DNA from: an uncultured delta proteobacterium
Lineage (GTDB): Bacteria > Myxococcota > UBA727 > VGSZ01
DNA length: 64,000 nt
Assembly (NCBI GenBank): GCA_963775425.1
Contig: CAVZJB010000007.1
Span: forward strand, 32,001 to 96,000
Reading direction: 5' to 3'
Positions 18,993 to 27,370 of the stretch are shown here, piece after piece; position 1 is the stretch's first letter, and the number at the start of each line of letters is the position of its first letter. The position numbers were made by a program, and so were the translations under genes. A model generated the notes under the pieces. That model saw nothing but the letters and a program-made list of their open reading frames with translations. It was not told the DNA's origin and searched no databases.

Positions 18993-20441
18993 TCACGGCT
19001 GCGGCCACGTCCTCGCCATCACGTCGATGCTGTGCTCGTGCGCCCACGCGGGCTCGTCGTCGAGCAGGCGGTTGGCCTCGTCATGCGCCTCGTCGAAGCG
19101 GCCGAGCTCGGACCACGCCCGCATGGTGAGGAAGCGGGAGAGCTTGACGAGGCCGTCGCCGTCGTCGGCGGCCTTGTAGTCCTTGGCGAACTGCTTGCAG
19201 ACGTCGATGGCGTCGGCCCAGCGCTCGGCGGAGACGAGCACGGAGCAGTGGCGGAAGGCATACGTGCGCTGGAGCACCGCCGACAGGGGGTGCTTGGCGT
19301 TCCTCTCATCGAGCTCCAAGGACGCCATCTCGCGCTCGCCGTCCTTGAGCGCCTGCTCGTGGCGATGCGCCTGGTCGATCATCGCCCGCATCTGCAGGTC
19401 GATGGACTGCGCGTACATCCCGGCGGGGAACTGCGCGAGGTAGCGCTCGCCCGCCTGGAGCGCGAGGTCGCCGCGCTTGAGGATGTTGAGCGCCTGGAAG
19501 ATGTAGAACGCGGCGAGCTCCCGCGCGTTGATCACGGGCATCCCGGGCGCCGCCGGCGGCGGCACCGGCAGCTTCATCTCGTACACGCGCGAAGCGACGT
19601 CGAGGAGCGCCTGGTAGCGGAACTGCGACATCAGGCCGTTCATGGCGCTCATGGCCTGCATGTTGCGCTCCTGCGCCGGCCTCGTGACGTCGTCGACGCC
19701 GGCGAGCATGGTCTTGGTGCGCTCGTCGAGGATGGCCTTGCCCTTGCGCGCGTACCGGTCGAGGCGGCTCTCGAGGGCGCGCAGGTCGTAGAGCGCGTAG
19801 TGGAAGTCGGGGTCGAGGTCGAGGGCGCGCCTGAGGTGCTCCATCTTCTCGGTGTCCGACGCGGGCTGCAGGCTCAAGGCGTAGGCCTTGTACGCGTCCA
19901 GCGTGCGCTGCTTGTTCCTGGGCTTCCGCTTGTGGACCGGCGGGAGCTTGAGGAGGCGTCCGACGACGCTGTCCTGGAGCGTGAAGATCTCCGTGAGCGG
20001 CCCGGTGACCTTGGCGGTGGTGTCGACGACGCCGGTCTCGACGACGACGAGCCGGGCGGTGATGCGCACCTGATTGCCGGCCTTCTGGAAGCCCCCGACG
20101 ACCACGTGCGTGGCGCCCACGAGCTTGCCTGCGGCGGCGGCGGTGCTCTCGTCGGTGCCGGCCTTCTTCTGGAGCGCGATCTCGGCCAGCGCCTCATCGA
20201 TCTGGTCGCGCTCGACGACGGAGCGGTGCGCGGTCTTCAGGTCGCTGATCATGGTCTCGGCGATGCCGAGACGCAGCCAGTCGAGCGAAGGCTCCGCGTT
20301 CAGGTTCTTGAACGGCAGCACCGCCAACCGCGCCGCCCCCGCCTCCGCCAGCTCCTCGGGGTGCCCTCCCTCGAGATCCGGCGCGCGCTCTCCCGGCGCG
20401 GTCGTCATCGCGAGCAGGCCCACGACGGCAAAGGCGATCAC
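18993..20441 (-). CDS. Exported FlgO/CsgG/TolB-N-like domain + TPR protein
   Basis: GTG overlaps the upstream TGA; hydrophobic N-terminus; LAVLPFKNL...LDWLRLGIAETM...VVERDQI...GKLVGA...RITARLVVVETG...IFTLQD; TPR motifs such as LRRALDLDPDF. Confidence 0.8.
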   Translation of the reverse strand: MIAFAVVGLLAMTTAPGERAPDLEGGHPEELAEAGAARLAVLPFKNLNAEPSLDWLRLGIAETMISDLKTAHRSVVERDQIDEALAEIALQKKAGTDESTAAAAGKLVGATHVVVGGFQKAGNQVRITARLVVVETGVVDTTAKVTGPLTEIFTLQDSVVGRLLKLPPVHKRKPRNKQRTLDAYKAYALSLQPASDTEKMEHLRRALDLDPDFHYALYDLRALESRLDRYARKGKAILDERTKTMLAGVDDVTRPAQERNMQAMSAMNGLMSQFRYQALLDVASRVYEMKLPVPPPAAPGMPVINARELAAFYIFQALNILKRGDLALQAGERYLAQFPAGMYAQSIDLQMRAMIDQAHRHEQALKDGEREMASLELDERNAKHPLSAVLQRTYAFRHCSVLVSAERWADAIDVCKQFAKDYKAADDGDGLVKLSRFLTMRAWSELGRFDEAHDEANRLLDDEPAWAHEHSIDVMARTWPQP

Positions 20442-22882
20442 GGCCGGACCCGCGCCTTCACGTCGAGCATGGTCTTGTTCACCGCCGCCGCGAGCTTGTC
20501 CTGCAGGGCGAAGACGTCGTCCTTCTTGCCGTCGGCCTTGGCCGCCGCGAGCACCTCGCCGCTGTCGACGTCGACGAAGCGCGCGGTGAAGCGCATGTCG
20601 CCGCCGGCGACCTGGTAGCTGCCGAGGATGGCGATCTCGGCGCCGGCAATCTTGCCGAGCTGCGCCCGCGTGGCCGGGTCGACGTACTTGGTCTGCGCGA
20701 ACTCGAGCTCGCCGATGTCGACGTCGATCTGCCCGCGCTCGATGAGCTTCACGCCGTCCGCCTGCGCGAGCTCCGTGACCACCACCTCGGCGAGCCCTTG
20801 CTTGAGGTAATCGAGCGACGCGTCGGCGCCGCTGGCCTTGAAGGGGAACACGCTCACGCGCACCGGCCCCTCGTGCCGCGCCTCGCCGCCCGGCTTCGGG
20901 GGTGGAGCGGGGGCCGGCTCCCCGCGGCTCGCGAGCATTTGTGACGGCGCAGCGGCGACGCCCGCGTCGCCGGCGGCGTGTGCTTCGTCCCAGGGGTGCA
21001 AGAGCAACGCGGCGACGACGACGACGCCCGCGAGCAGACCGCCCGCCGCCCCGAGGGCGAGCGCGCTCCGGCCGCCGCCCGCCGCGCGCACCGGCGGGGG
21101 CGGCGGGGGCGCCCGCGGCATCGACACCGTCGGCACGGTCTGGGTTGGCTCGGGCGCGGGACGAGCCGGGAATTCCCCCGAGCGCGTGCGCCCCGACGAC
21201 GGCAGCGTCGCGTCGTCGGGCGGCAGGGTCGCGCGCGGGTCGCCGTAGAGCACGTACCCGGCGAACGACAGCGACGAGGCGTGCACCTGCGCCAGCGCCC
21301 GCCGCGCCCGCCGCGCGCACTCGCCGAAGGGCACGCCCGACAGCGCCGCCTCGTAGAAGCGCAGCGCGAACGACAGCGCGTCGGCGTCGGGGACGCCCCA
21401 CATCGGCGCGAGCGTATGGCGCACGCCCGAGAGCAGGAGCGCCTGCGCCAGCGACGACGCCGCCGGCGCGTCGCCGACCTGGGGATCGCCCGGGCCGAGC
21501 GCGTGCCAGCGCTCCGACGTCGACGCGTGGCAGCCGTTGGCGAACACCAGGAGCGGCGCGCTCTCGCGCATCGCCGCCGTCACGTCCCGCGCCGTCACCA
21601 CGCCGTCGGCGACGACGAAGCCGCCCTCGCCCGCGGCGCCGCCGCGCACCACGTGCCCCGCGAAGTGCAGCACCCGCGCGCGCGCCGCCAGCGCCAGGAA
21701 CTGCGCGCGATCGATGGCGCCGCTGTGGTGCACCACGCGCCCCGGCGCCGCCGACGAAAACAGCTTCTCGACGACGCGCCCCTCCTCCTCGGCGTGCGGC
21801 AGGTCCCCCGACGGGTTCGCCACGACCACGATCTCGCGCGCCGACGTCGACGGCGGCGGCACCGCGGCGTCCGCCCGCGCCGTCACCATCCGCCCCACGG
21901 AGAACCGGCAGCCGAGGAAGTCGGTGCCGTCGTGCAACAGCTCCCACGGCACGTGCACCAGCGTGTCCTCGACGTGCAGCCGCACCGTGTGCCGCCCCGT
22001 TTCGCGGATGCGCTTCTGCACGCGCTCGGGCAGCGCGCGGTCGAACAGCGCGCGGCCGCGCTCGACGAGCGCCTCGACGTACGCGCCCTGCCCGCCGTCG
22101 TGCGCGAGCACCGCGAACGGCTCCGGCAGCGCGTCGATCTCCTCGAGCGACAGCGGCACGTCCGCGTACGCCTTCACCGTGCCGCGCTCGGCCTCGCCGT
22201 CCATGGCGGCGACGCGCAGCCCGGTGGGGCCGCGATCGATCTCGATGATGAACAGCTCCTGCGCCGCCGGCGACAGCGCCGCCGCGTTCGCCTTGTCCTC
22301 GGGGCGCCAGGCGACCGCCACCACCGGCACCGGCGCGCTCTTGCCCTTGGCCGCGAGCGGGCGGCGCGGCGCGACCACCGGCCGCCCCGCGGCAGGCAGC
22401 GCGTCGAGGAGCGCCTGCGACACGAGCACCTCGTCGCCGTCGGCGGCGCTCGCGACCCGGGCGGCCGTGTTGACGGTGTCGCCGAAGACGTCGTCGCCGT
22501 CCTTGAGCACCCGGCCGAAGTGAACGCCGACGCGGATGCGGATGCGCTCCACCGCCGCCGTCCCCGTCTCCTGCGCGAGCTTGTCCTGCAGCGCCACCGC
22601 GCAGGCGACGCCGTCGGCGGCCTTCTCGAAGACCGCCATGATGGAGTCGCCGATGGTCTTCACCACCCGGCCGGCGTGCTGCTTCACCACCGGGAACAGC
22701 AGGTCGTTGTGGCGATGGACGAGCGCGAGGCCCTCGATGTCGCCGCGCTGCTCGAAGTACGCCGTGGAGCCGACGATGTCCGTGAACAGCACCGCCATCT
22801 CCACGGCGTGCCGCTCGAGGAGCGCGCGATCGATCTCGCGCCGTTTCTCGATGAGCTCCTGCAGGTCGTCTTCGAGCGCCAC
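20438..22882 (-). CDS. Class III adenylate cyclase - CHAT protease - TM - FlgO/CsgG-like receptor
   Basis: Cyclase LFTDIVGST, VKTIGDSIMA, RVGVHFG, DVFGDTVNTAARV; CHAT VPWELL, NPSGDLPHAEEEG, LHFAGH, FANGC, PMWGVPD, YVLYGDP; TM LALGAAGGLLAGVVVVAALLL; C-terminal VSVFPF...IERGQI...FTARFVDVDSG. Confidence 0.88.
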   Translation of the reverse strand: MALEDDLQELIEKRREIDRALLERHAVEMAVLFTDIVGSTAYFEQRGDIEGLALVHRHNDLLFPVVKQHAGRVVKTIGDSIMAVFEKAADGVACAVALQDKLAQETGTAAVERIRIRVGVHFGRVLKDGDDVFGDTVNTAARVASAADGDEVLVSQALLDALPAAGRPVVAPRRPLAAKGKSAPVPVVAVAWRPEDKANAAALSPAAQELFIIEIDRGPTGLRVAAMDGEAERGTVKAYADVPLSLEEIDALPEPFAVLAHDGGQGAYVEALVERGRALFDRALPERVQKRIRETGRHTVRLHVEDTLVHVPWELLHDGTDFLGCRFSVGRMVTARADAAVPPPSTSAREIVVVANPSGDLPHAEEEGRVVEKLFSSAAPGRVVHHSGAIDRAQFLALAARARVLHFAGHVVRGGAAGEGGFVVADGVVTARDVTAAMRESAPLLVFANGCHASTSERWHALGPGDPQVGDAPAASSLAQALLLSGVRHTLAPMWGVPDADALSFALRFYEAALSGVPFGECARRARRALAQVHASSLSFAGYVLYGDPRATLPPDDATLPSSGRTRSGEFPARPAPEPTQTVPTVSMPRAPPPPPPVRAAGGGRSALALGAAGGLLAGVVVVAALLLHPWDEAHAAGDAGVAAAPSQMLASRGEPAPAPPPKPGGEARHEGPVRVSVFPFKASGADASLDYLKQGLAEVVVTELAQADGVKLIERGQIDVDIGELEFAQTKYVDPATRAQLGKIAGAEIAILGSYQVAGGDMRFTARFVDVDSGEVLAAAKADGKKDDVFALQDKLAAAVNKTMLDVKARVRP

Positions 22883-22888
22883 GCGGGC

Positions 22889-22894
22889 AGCCTA
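22889..22894 (-). promoter_or_regulatory. Putative -10 box TAGGCT for a leaderless cyclase-CHAT transcript
   Basis: TAGGCT lies 6 nt before GTG 22882; no SD. Confidence 0.5.
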
Positions 22895-22967
22895 GCGTGC
22901 CCCACCGCGCCGTTGTCGGTGTCCGCGCGCACGTCGGCCCGGCCGCGGAGCGCCGGGGGCGCGGGGC

Positions 22968-23759
22968 CTACGGCTTGCGCGCGCTCAGGAAGATGCGCTT
23001 GAGCGTGTAGAAGTAGGGGCGATCGTCGTCGAGCCGCGCCAGCAGCCGCTCGCTGTAGCGGGCGACGAAGTCGGCGTAGAGCGCCTCGCTCAAGCGCGCC
23101 TTGACGTCGGTGAGCATGGCGCCCTTGACCCACTCGATGACGCCGTCGCGCGAGGGCATCTCGTGCACGTAGACGCGCAGGAAGACGTCGACGTCCAAGA
23201 GCCCGAGCTTCGACAGGAGCACCGCGTAACGCTCGGGCGCGAGTATGTGTTGCCGCGGCCCCTCCCCGCCGAGCGGCGCCGCAAACGGCGCCTCGCGGGC
23301 GAGCTCGGCGGCGACGACGTGGTCGGGGTGGTCCTGGTTGGCCGGCATCTGCACCGCGAGCTGCCCGCCCGGCGCCAGCAGCCCCACGAGCCGCGCGAAC
23401 AGCGCCTCGTGATCGGGCACCCATTGCAGCGCGGCGTTCGACAAGACCACGTCGAAGTCCACGACGCCCTCCGCGCCGTCGGGGAAGCGCGCGATGTCCG
23501 CGTGCGCGAACGCGAGGCCGTCGACGACGAGCGCGCCGGCGCGAGCGAGCATGGCCTCGCTGTTGTCCAGGCCGAGGGTGGAGCGCGCCTTCAATTCGTC
23601 ATGGGCGAAGCGCGTGTTTTCGCCGGTGCCGCAGCCAAGGTCGACGACGCGCATGCCGGGCTTGGCCGCGACCGTGGCGAGCAGATCGAAGAAGGGCTTC
23701 TTGCGCTGCTCGCGGAAGCGCTCGTACTGCGCGGGGTCCCAGGCGTCGCCGGTGCTCAT
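22968..23759 (-). CDS. tam: Trans-aconitate 2-methyltransferase-like SAM methyltransferase
   Basis: WDPAQYERF...PFFDLL, VVDLGCGTG, SNAALQWVPDH, LAVQMPAN. Confidence 0.85.
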   Translation of the reverse strand: MSTGDAWDPAQYERFREQRKKPFFDLLATVAAKPGMRVVDLGCGTGENTRFAHDELKARSTLGLDNSEAMLARAGALVVDGLAFAHADIARFPDGAEGVVDFDVVLSNAALQWVPDHEALFARLVGLLAPGGQLAVQMPANQDHPDHVVAAELAREAPFAAPLGGEGPRQHILAPERYAVLLSKLGLLDVDVFLRVYVHEMPSRDGVIEWVKGAMLTDVKARLSEALYADFVARYSERLLARLDDDRPYFYTLKRIFLSARKP

Positions 23760-24196
23760 GAGATGATCGTCTGGAGGGCCGTGTGCACGTCCTTGTTCTC
23801 GAGGCACACGGCGCGGATGGCGGGGAGCATCTGCTCGATGCTGGCGATGTTGGCGTAGACGCAGTTGGCGACGAGGCCTTCCGTGGGCTCCTCGCCCTCG
23901 ATGTCCAGGCTGGTCTTGAAGCGGATGAGCCCGGTGTCGACGTCGAGCTCGAGGTTGCCGAGCACGTGGCCGTAGTTGAGGCGCGCCATCAATTCCAACG
24001 CGGGCGCCATCCGCTCTCGTGGGACCTCGACGGGGCACAGCGCGTAGAACGCGAGCACCCCCGTGTCCTCGTCGACGCGGACCAGCCCTTGAAAGCGTCC
24101 GCTCTCTCCGCTGAAGGCCACGTGCAGGTGCTCGTGGTCTTCGCTCTCGATGTCGATGTGCTCACTCGCGAGGAAGGACAGGACGACGTCGCGCAT
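23756..24196 (-). CDS. YbjN-domain protein
   Basis: ELMARLNYGHVLGNLELDVDTGLIRFKTSLD matches the YbjN / sensory transduction regulator pattern. Confidence 0.8.
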   Translation of the reverse strand: MRDVVLSFLASEHIDIESEDHEHLHVAFSGESGRFQGLVRVDEDTGVLAFYALCPVEVPRERMAPALELMARLNYGHVLGNLELDVDTGLIRFKTSLDIEGEEPTEGLVANCVYANIASIEQMLPAIRAVCLENKDVHTALQTIIS

Positions 24197-24227
24197 GAAC
24201 TATGCTTACGGTCCACGCGCCTGAACG

Positions 24228-25241
24228 TCATCCCCCTTGCGTGAGCACGAGGTCGACTTGCCCCACGCTGTTGGGCGGCAGGTCCACCGGCACGCTCGCT
24301 GCGTAGTCCGTGCCGACGGCGCGGGCGCGCACGGTGTAGGTCCCGGGGACGAACGTTCGCCGCACGACGTTGGCGGCGCCGCAGTCGACGTCGAGGGAGT
24401 CCTCGGGGGAGGTGAAGCCGTCGCGCTGGAACGAGAGCGACACGGTGTCGACGCCGGCGCTCGCGCACGTCTGGTCGGCGAACGTCCACGCCACGTCGAA
24501 GTCGGAGAAGTTGTCCGCCACGCGCGGCATGGCGATGTCGCCGACATCGGTGGTCTGGTCGGCGAGCACGTCGACGACGATGTCGCCGCTGTCGTACAGG
24601 AGCACATCGGCGCCGTTGTAGCTGCCGTAGGCCTGCAGGCGCAGCGTGTACCGGCCCTCGTTCAGGTTGTTGATGTCGAGGCCCTGGTGCTGCGGATCGC
24701 AGATCGACGTCTGGTCGAACTCCTCGCCGTTCGCGCCGTCGGGCGTCACGAACACGTCGACGAGGTCGACGCCGGCGAGCGCGCAGTCCGTGACGTCGTC
24801 GTTGTCGGTGGGGTAGAGGAAGGACCAGAAGAAGCCGAGCGTCCCCTCGCCGGTGGAGCTGTTGGTCGGGTCGAGCTCGATGACGCCGGCGTAGTTCTCC
24901 TGGCCGCCGAAGACGTGGATGGTAAAGGCGCCGTGGTAGATGATGACGCCGTTGTGGTCGACGGCGCTGACGTCGACGCCGTAGACGCCCGCGCGGAGGT
25001 CCGTGAATGTGAGCCCGCCGCCGACGCAGGACTCCTCGTCCTGGATCACGACCTCGCCGAAGTCGTCGGTGATGACGACGTCGACGAAGTCGACGTTCGC
25101 GTTGGCGCAGTCGCTCTCGCCGCCGAAGCTCCAGTCGAACGCCAGGTCGCCGAAGGGGCTCGGCGGCGGCGGGCTCTCATGGACGATGCAGCCGGTGGAG
25201 ACGACGACGAGCGCGAGGGAGGCCAGCAGGGCGAAGCGCAT
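24228..25241 (-). CDS. Lipoprotein with three tandem Cys-pinned Ig-like repeats
   Basis: MRFALLASLALVVVSTG-C; three repeats of W(S/T)F...C..A.VD.V...C...G.Y. Confidence 0.75.
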   Translation of the reverse strand: MRFALLASLALVVVSTGCIVHESPPPPSPFGDLAFDWSFGGESDCANANVDFVDVVITDDFGEVVIQDEESCVGGGLTFTDLRAGVYGVDVSAVDHNGVIIYHGAFTIHVFGGQENYAGVIELDPTNSSTGEGTLGFFWSFLYPTDNDDVTDCALAGVDLVDVFVTPDGANGEEFDQTSICDPQHQGLDINNLNEGRYTLRLQAYGSYNGADVLLYDSGDIVVDVLADQTTDVGDIAMPRVADNFSDFDVAWTFADQTCASAGVDTVSLSFQRDGFTSPEDSLDVDCGAANVVRRTFVPGTYTVRARAVGTDYAASVPVDLPPNSVGQVDLVLTQGG

Positions 25242-25336
25242 GGGGGTCACCATGTGGGCATGGACGCCCGGATCGGGGTTCCCATTCAGCCGAGCACGCT
25301 TTGTGCCGACGATCACAAGCCCGCGCCGGACGCCCC

Positions 25337-26794
25337 TCAGGCGCGAAAGACCACGACGCCCGCGTCCTTCTCGGTCTCGCTGGCCTCGGAGCGCTCCTTC
25401 TTGAGCGCCTCGACCTCGGCCTCGAGGTCGCGGAAGCGGTACTGTGCCCGCTCGCCCTTCTCCACGGCGTCGAGGTCGATGTCGCCGCCGAGGGCGACCA
25501 CCTCCTGGCGGATCTTCTTTTCGTCCGGCTCGATGCCCGTGGCGTCGCGCCAGGCCTTCTTCAGCTCGCCGTCGGTGACGCCCTGGTCGCGCTGGGTGGC
25601 GTCGAGCACGGTCTTGAGCACGGCGCGGCGGGCGTTTTCGTTCTGGGCCTTCTTCTGCCGCCTGCCCTTGGTGGCCCACCGCAGCAGCGGGAGCGCGAAC
25701 AGGGCCGTGGAGAACACGAGCGGGATGATGCCCAGCACGATGGGGGTGCCGTCGTAGGGGATGGGGATCCACGGCACGTGCGAGCCCCAGTGGTCGATGA
25801 TCTGCGCGATGCGGGCGACCGTGAGGTTGGAGCCGAACGCGACGAGGCTCATGAACAGGTTGAAGGCGTTGAGGCCGCCGATGAGCAGGTTGCTCCCGGA
25901 GTCGTTGCCGGTGACGGGCGGCGCGTCGACGCGCTCGGTCCACACCGGTGACGGCGGGCGGTCGAACGCCGTCTGCTGCGCGGTGCGGCGCAGCGCGGGG
26001 AACTTGTAGAAGATGCCGCCGTCCTCGCTGACCTCGACCTCGCCCTCGTAGTCGAGCATCAGGCGCGCCATCAACGGATCGGCCTCTTCGCGCGGGAGCC
26101 CGGTGACGCGCATGACGTCGCCGATGCCCACGCGCCCCGAGCTCGCGCGGATCTGCGTGAGGATGCGCCGCTCCATCTCGCGCGCGTCGGGCTTTTTGTC
26201 CTCGGGACCGAACACGAAGCGGTTCACGCGCTCGTAGAACGGGGCCTTGGCCGAGCGCCGCGAGCGCTGCCGCGACCGCGCGTAGTAGTCACCCGCGTAA
26301 AACGGCGAGAAGGGATGGAACGTCCAGAAGAACGCCTCGCTCAACACGCGCACCAGCGCGAACACGATGCCGCCGGCGTTGCCGCCGCCGCGGCGGTTGT
26401 CGTTCCCGCCGAACATCAACGCGAGCGCGATGCCGATGAACACGGCCACGTACGCCACGAGCACGATGGAGATCCACGCGCGGACGACGAGCTTGGCCGC
26501 GCCCATGACGCCGCGCTTGAGCTTTTCGAAGAAGCGCACCACGCCGGGCCGCTTGGTGAGCGGCAGCGAGAAGCCGTAGGGGAAGCGGAAGAGGAGCTCG
26601 CCCTTGTCGGTGGCCGACAGGGTCCCGCGGTACTTGCTCGACAGGTGGTGCAGCCCGAGCTCCGCCTCGCGCAAGGCGACGCCGCCCTTGGCGGCGGCGT
26701 CCGCGACGGTCAAATCCCCTTTGTGGCCGCGCAGGGCGGCCTCGAGGATCTCCGCGGCCTTTTCGGCCTCGAGCGTGCGGACCTTTTCGGCCAT
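25337..26794 (-). CDS. Membrane protein resembling the plastid/cyanobacterial At5g03900 family
   Basis: LTVADAA...EAE...L...G.L....GELLFRFP; TM segments; RFVFG; second repeat LDYEGEVEVSEDGGIFYKFPALRRTA. Resemblance recalled from the family pattern, not searched. Confidence 0.6.
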   Translation of the reverse strand: MAEKVRTLEAEKAAEILEAALRGHKGDLTVADAAAKGGVALREAELGLHHLSSKYRGTLSATDKGELLFRFPYGFSLPLTKRPGVVRFFEKLKRGVMGAAKLVVRAWISIVLVAYVAVFIGIALALMFGGNDNRRGGGNAGGIVFALVRVLSEAFFWTFHPFSPFYAGDYYARSRQRSRRSAKAPFYERVNRFVFGPEDKKPDAREMERRILTQIRASSGRVGIGDVMRVTGLPREEADPLMARLMLDYEGEVEVSEDGGIFYKFPALRRTAQQTAFDRPPSPVWTERVDAPPVTGNDSGSNLLIGGLNAFNLFMSLVAFGSNLTVARIAQIIDHWGSHVPWIPIPYDGTPIVLGIIPLVFSTALFALPLLRWATKGRRQKKAQNENARRAVLKTVLDATQRDQGVTDGELKKAWRDATGIEPDEKKIRQEVVALGGDIDLDAVEKGERAQYRFRDLEAEVEALKKERSEASETEKDAGVVVFRA

Positions 26795-26961
26795 GAGGCA
26801 GTCATAGTCTCACGGCCGACATAAACAAGGACGGTCCAAACGCCCCCGCCCTTCTTGTCGCTCTCGACGTAGACGCCGGGCGCGGAGATGTCGACGGCGT
26901 GGTGTCGAGGTCGAGCATCGCGCAAGCAGTGAGCGCGGCGGCGGGCGCGTACGGACGAGGC

Positions 26962-27049
26962 TGGTGCCGGGGGCGGGACTCGAACCCGCACGGAGCTCGC
27001 GCTCCCGTCGATTTTAAGTCGACTGCGTCTGCCGTTTCGCCACCCCGGC
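26962..27049 (-). tRNA. tRNA-Leu(TAA)
   Basis: GCCGGGG/CCCCGGC acceptor stem, discriminator A, encoded CCA; anticodon arm GTCGA-CTTAAAA-TCGAC; long variable arm GGAGC-GCGA-GCTCC; GGTTCGAGTCC T-arm. Confidence 0.97.
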
Positions 27050-27116
27050 CCGCCGACGCCGTCGACGAGGAACGGCGATGTTACAGCGACAGCAGGGGCG
27101 CGAAAGGAGGTCGCTC

Positions 27117-27357
27117 ATGATTCGCAAAGCCAACGCCCTGTGGCGCGGCGGGCTCAAAGACGGCGGGGGCACCGTGTCGACGGAGTCCGGCGCCGTCGAC
27201 GCCACGCTCAAGGCCGCCTCCCGCTTCGGCGGCGAGCCCGGCACCAACCCGAGGAGCTCGTCGCCGCCGCCCACGCGCCCGGCGTCGACGCCGCCGAATT
27301 GTCCGAATCTCGCGCCTGCTGCACGCGAAGGTGACCATGGAGGCGCGCTTGGTGTGA
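27117..27357 (+). pseudogene. osmC: OsmC peroxiredoxin remnant
   Basis: AAGGAGG SD; MIRKANALWRGGLKDGGGTVSTESG...SRFGGEPGTNP / EELVAAAHA / PGVDAA / NCP-ISRLLHAKVTMEARLV* spread over shifted frames. The central region, including the first Cys, is missing. Confidence 0.85.
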
Positions 27358-27370
27358 GGCGCGGCCGAGA

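Noticed and set aside
20438-22882. Calling the cyclase-CHAT locus Pycsar, CBASS or a type III CRISPR accessory system
   Set aside because: No cyclic-nucleotide-binding effector, CD-NTase, SAVED or cas gene is present; the specificity residues look adenine-type; the context is not a defence island.
26900-26920. TGGTGTCGAGGTCGAGCATCG resembles the tRNA 3' end (15 of 21 positions) as a possible att remnant
   Set aside because: The match is weak for GC-rich DNA, and there is no integrase or island nearby.
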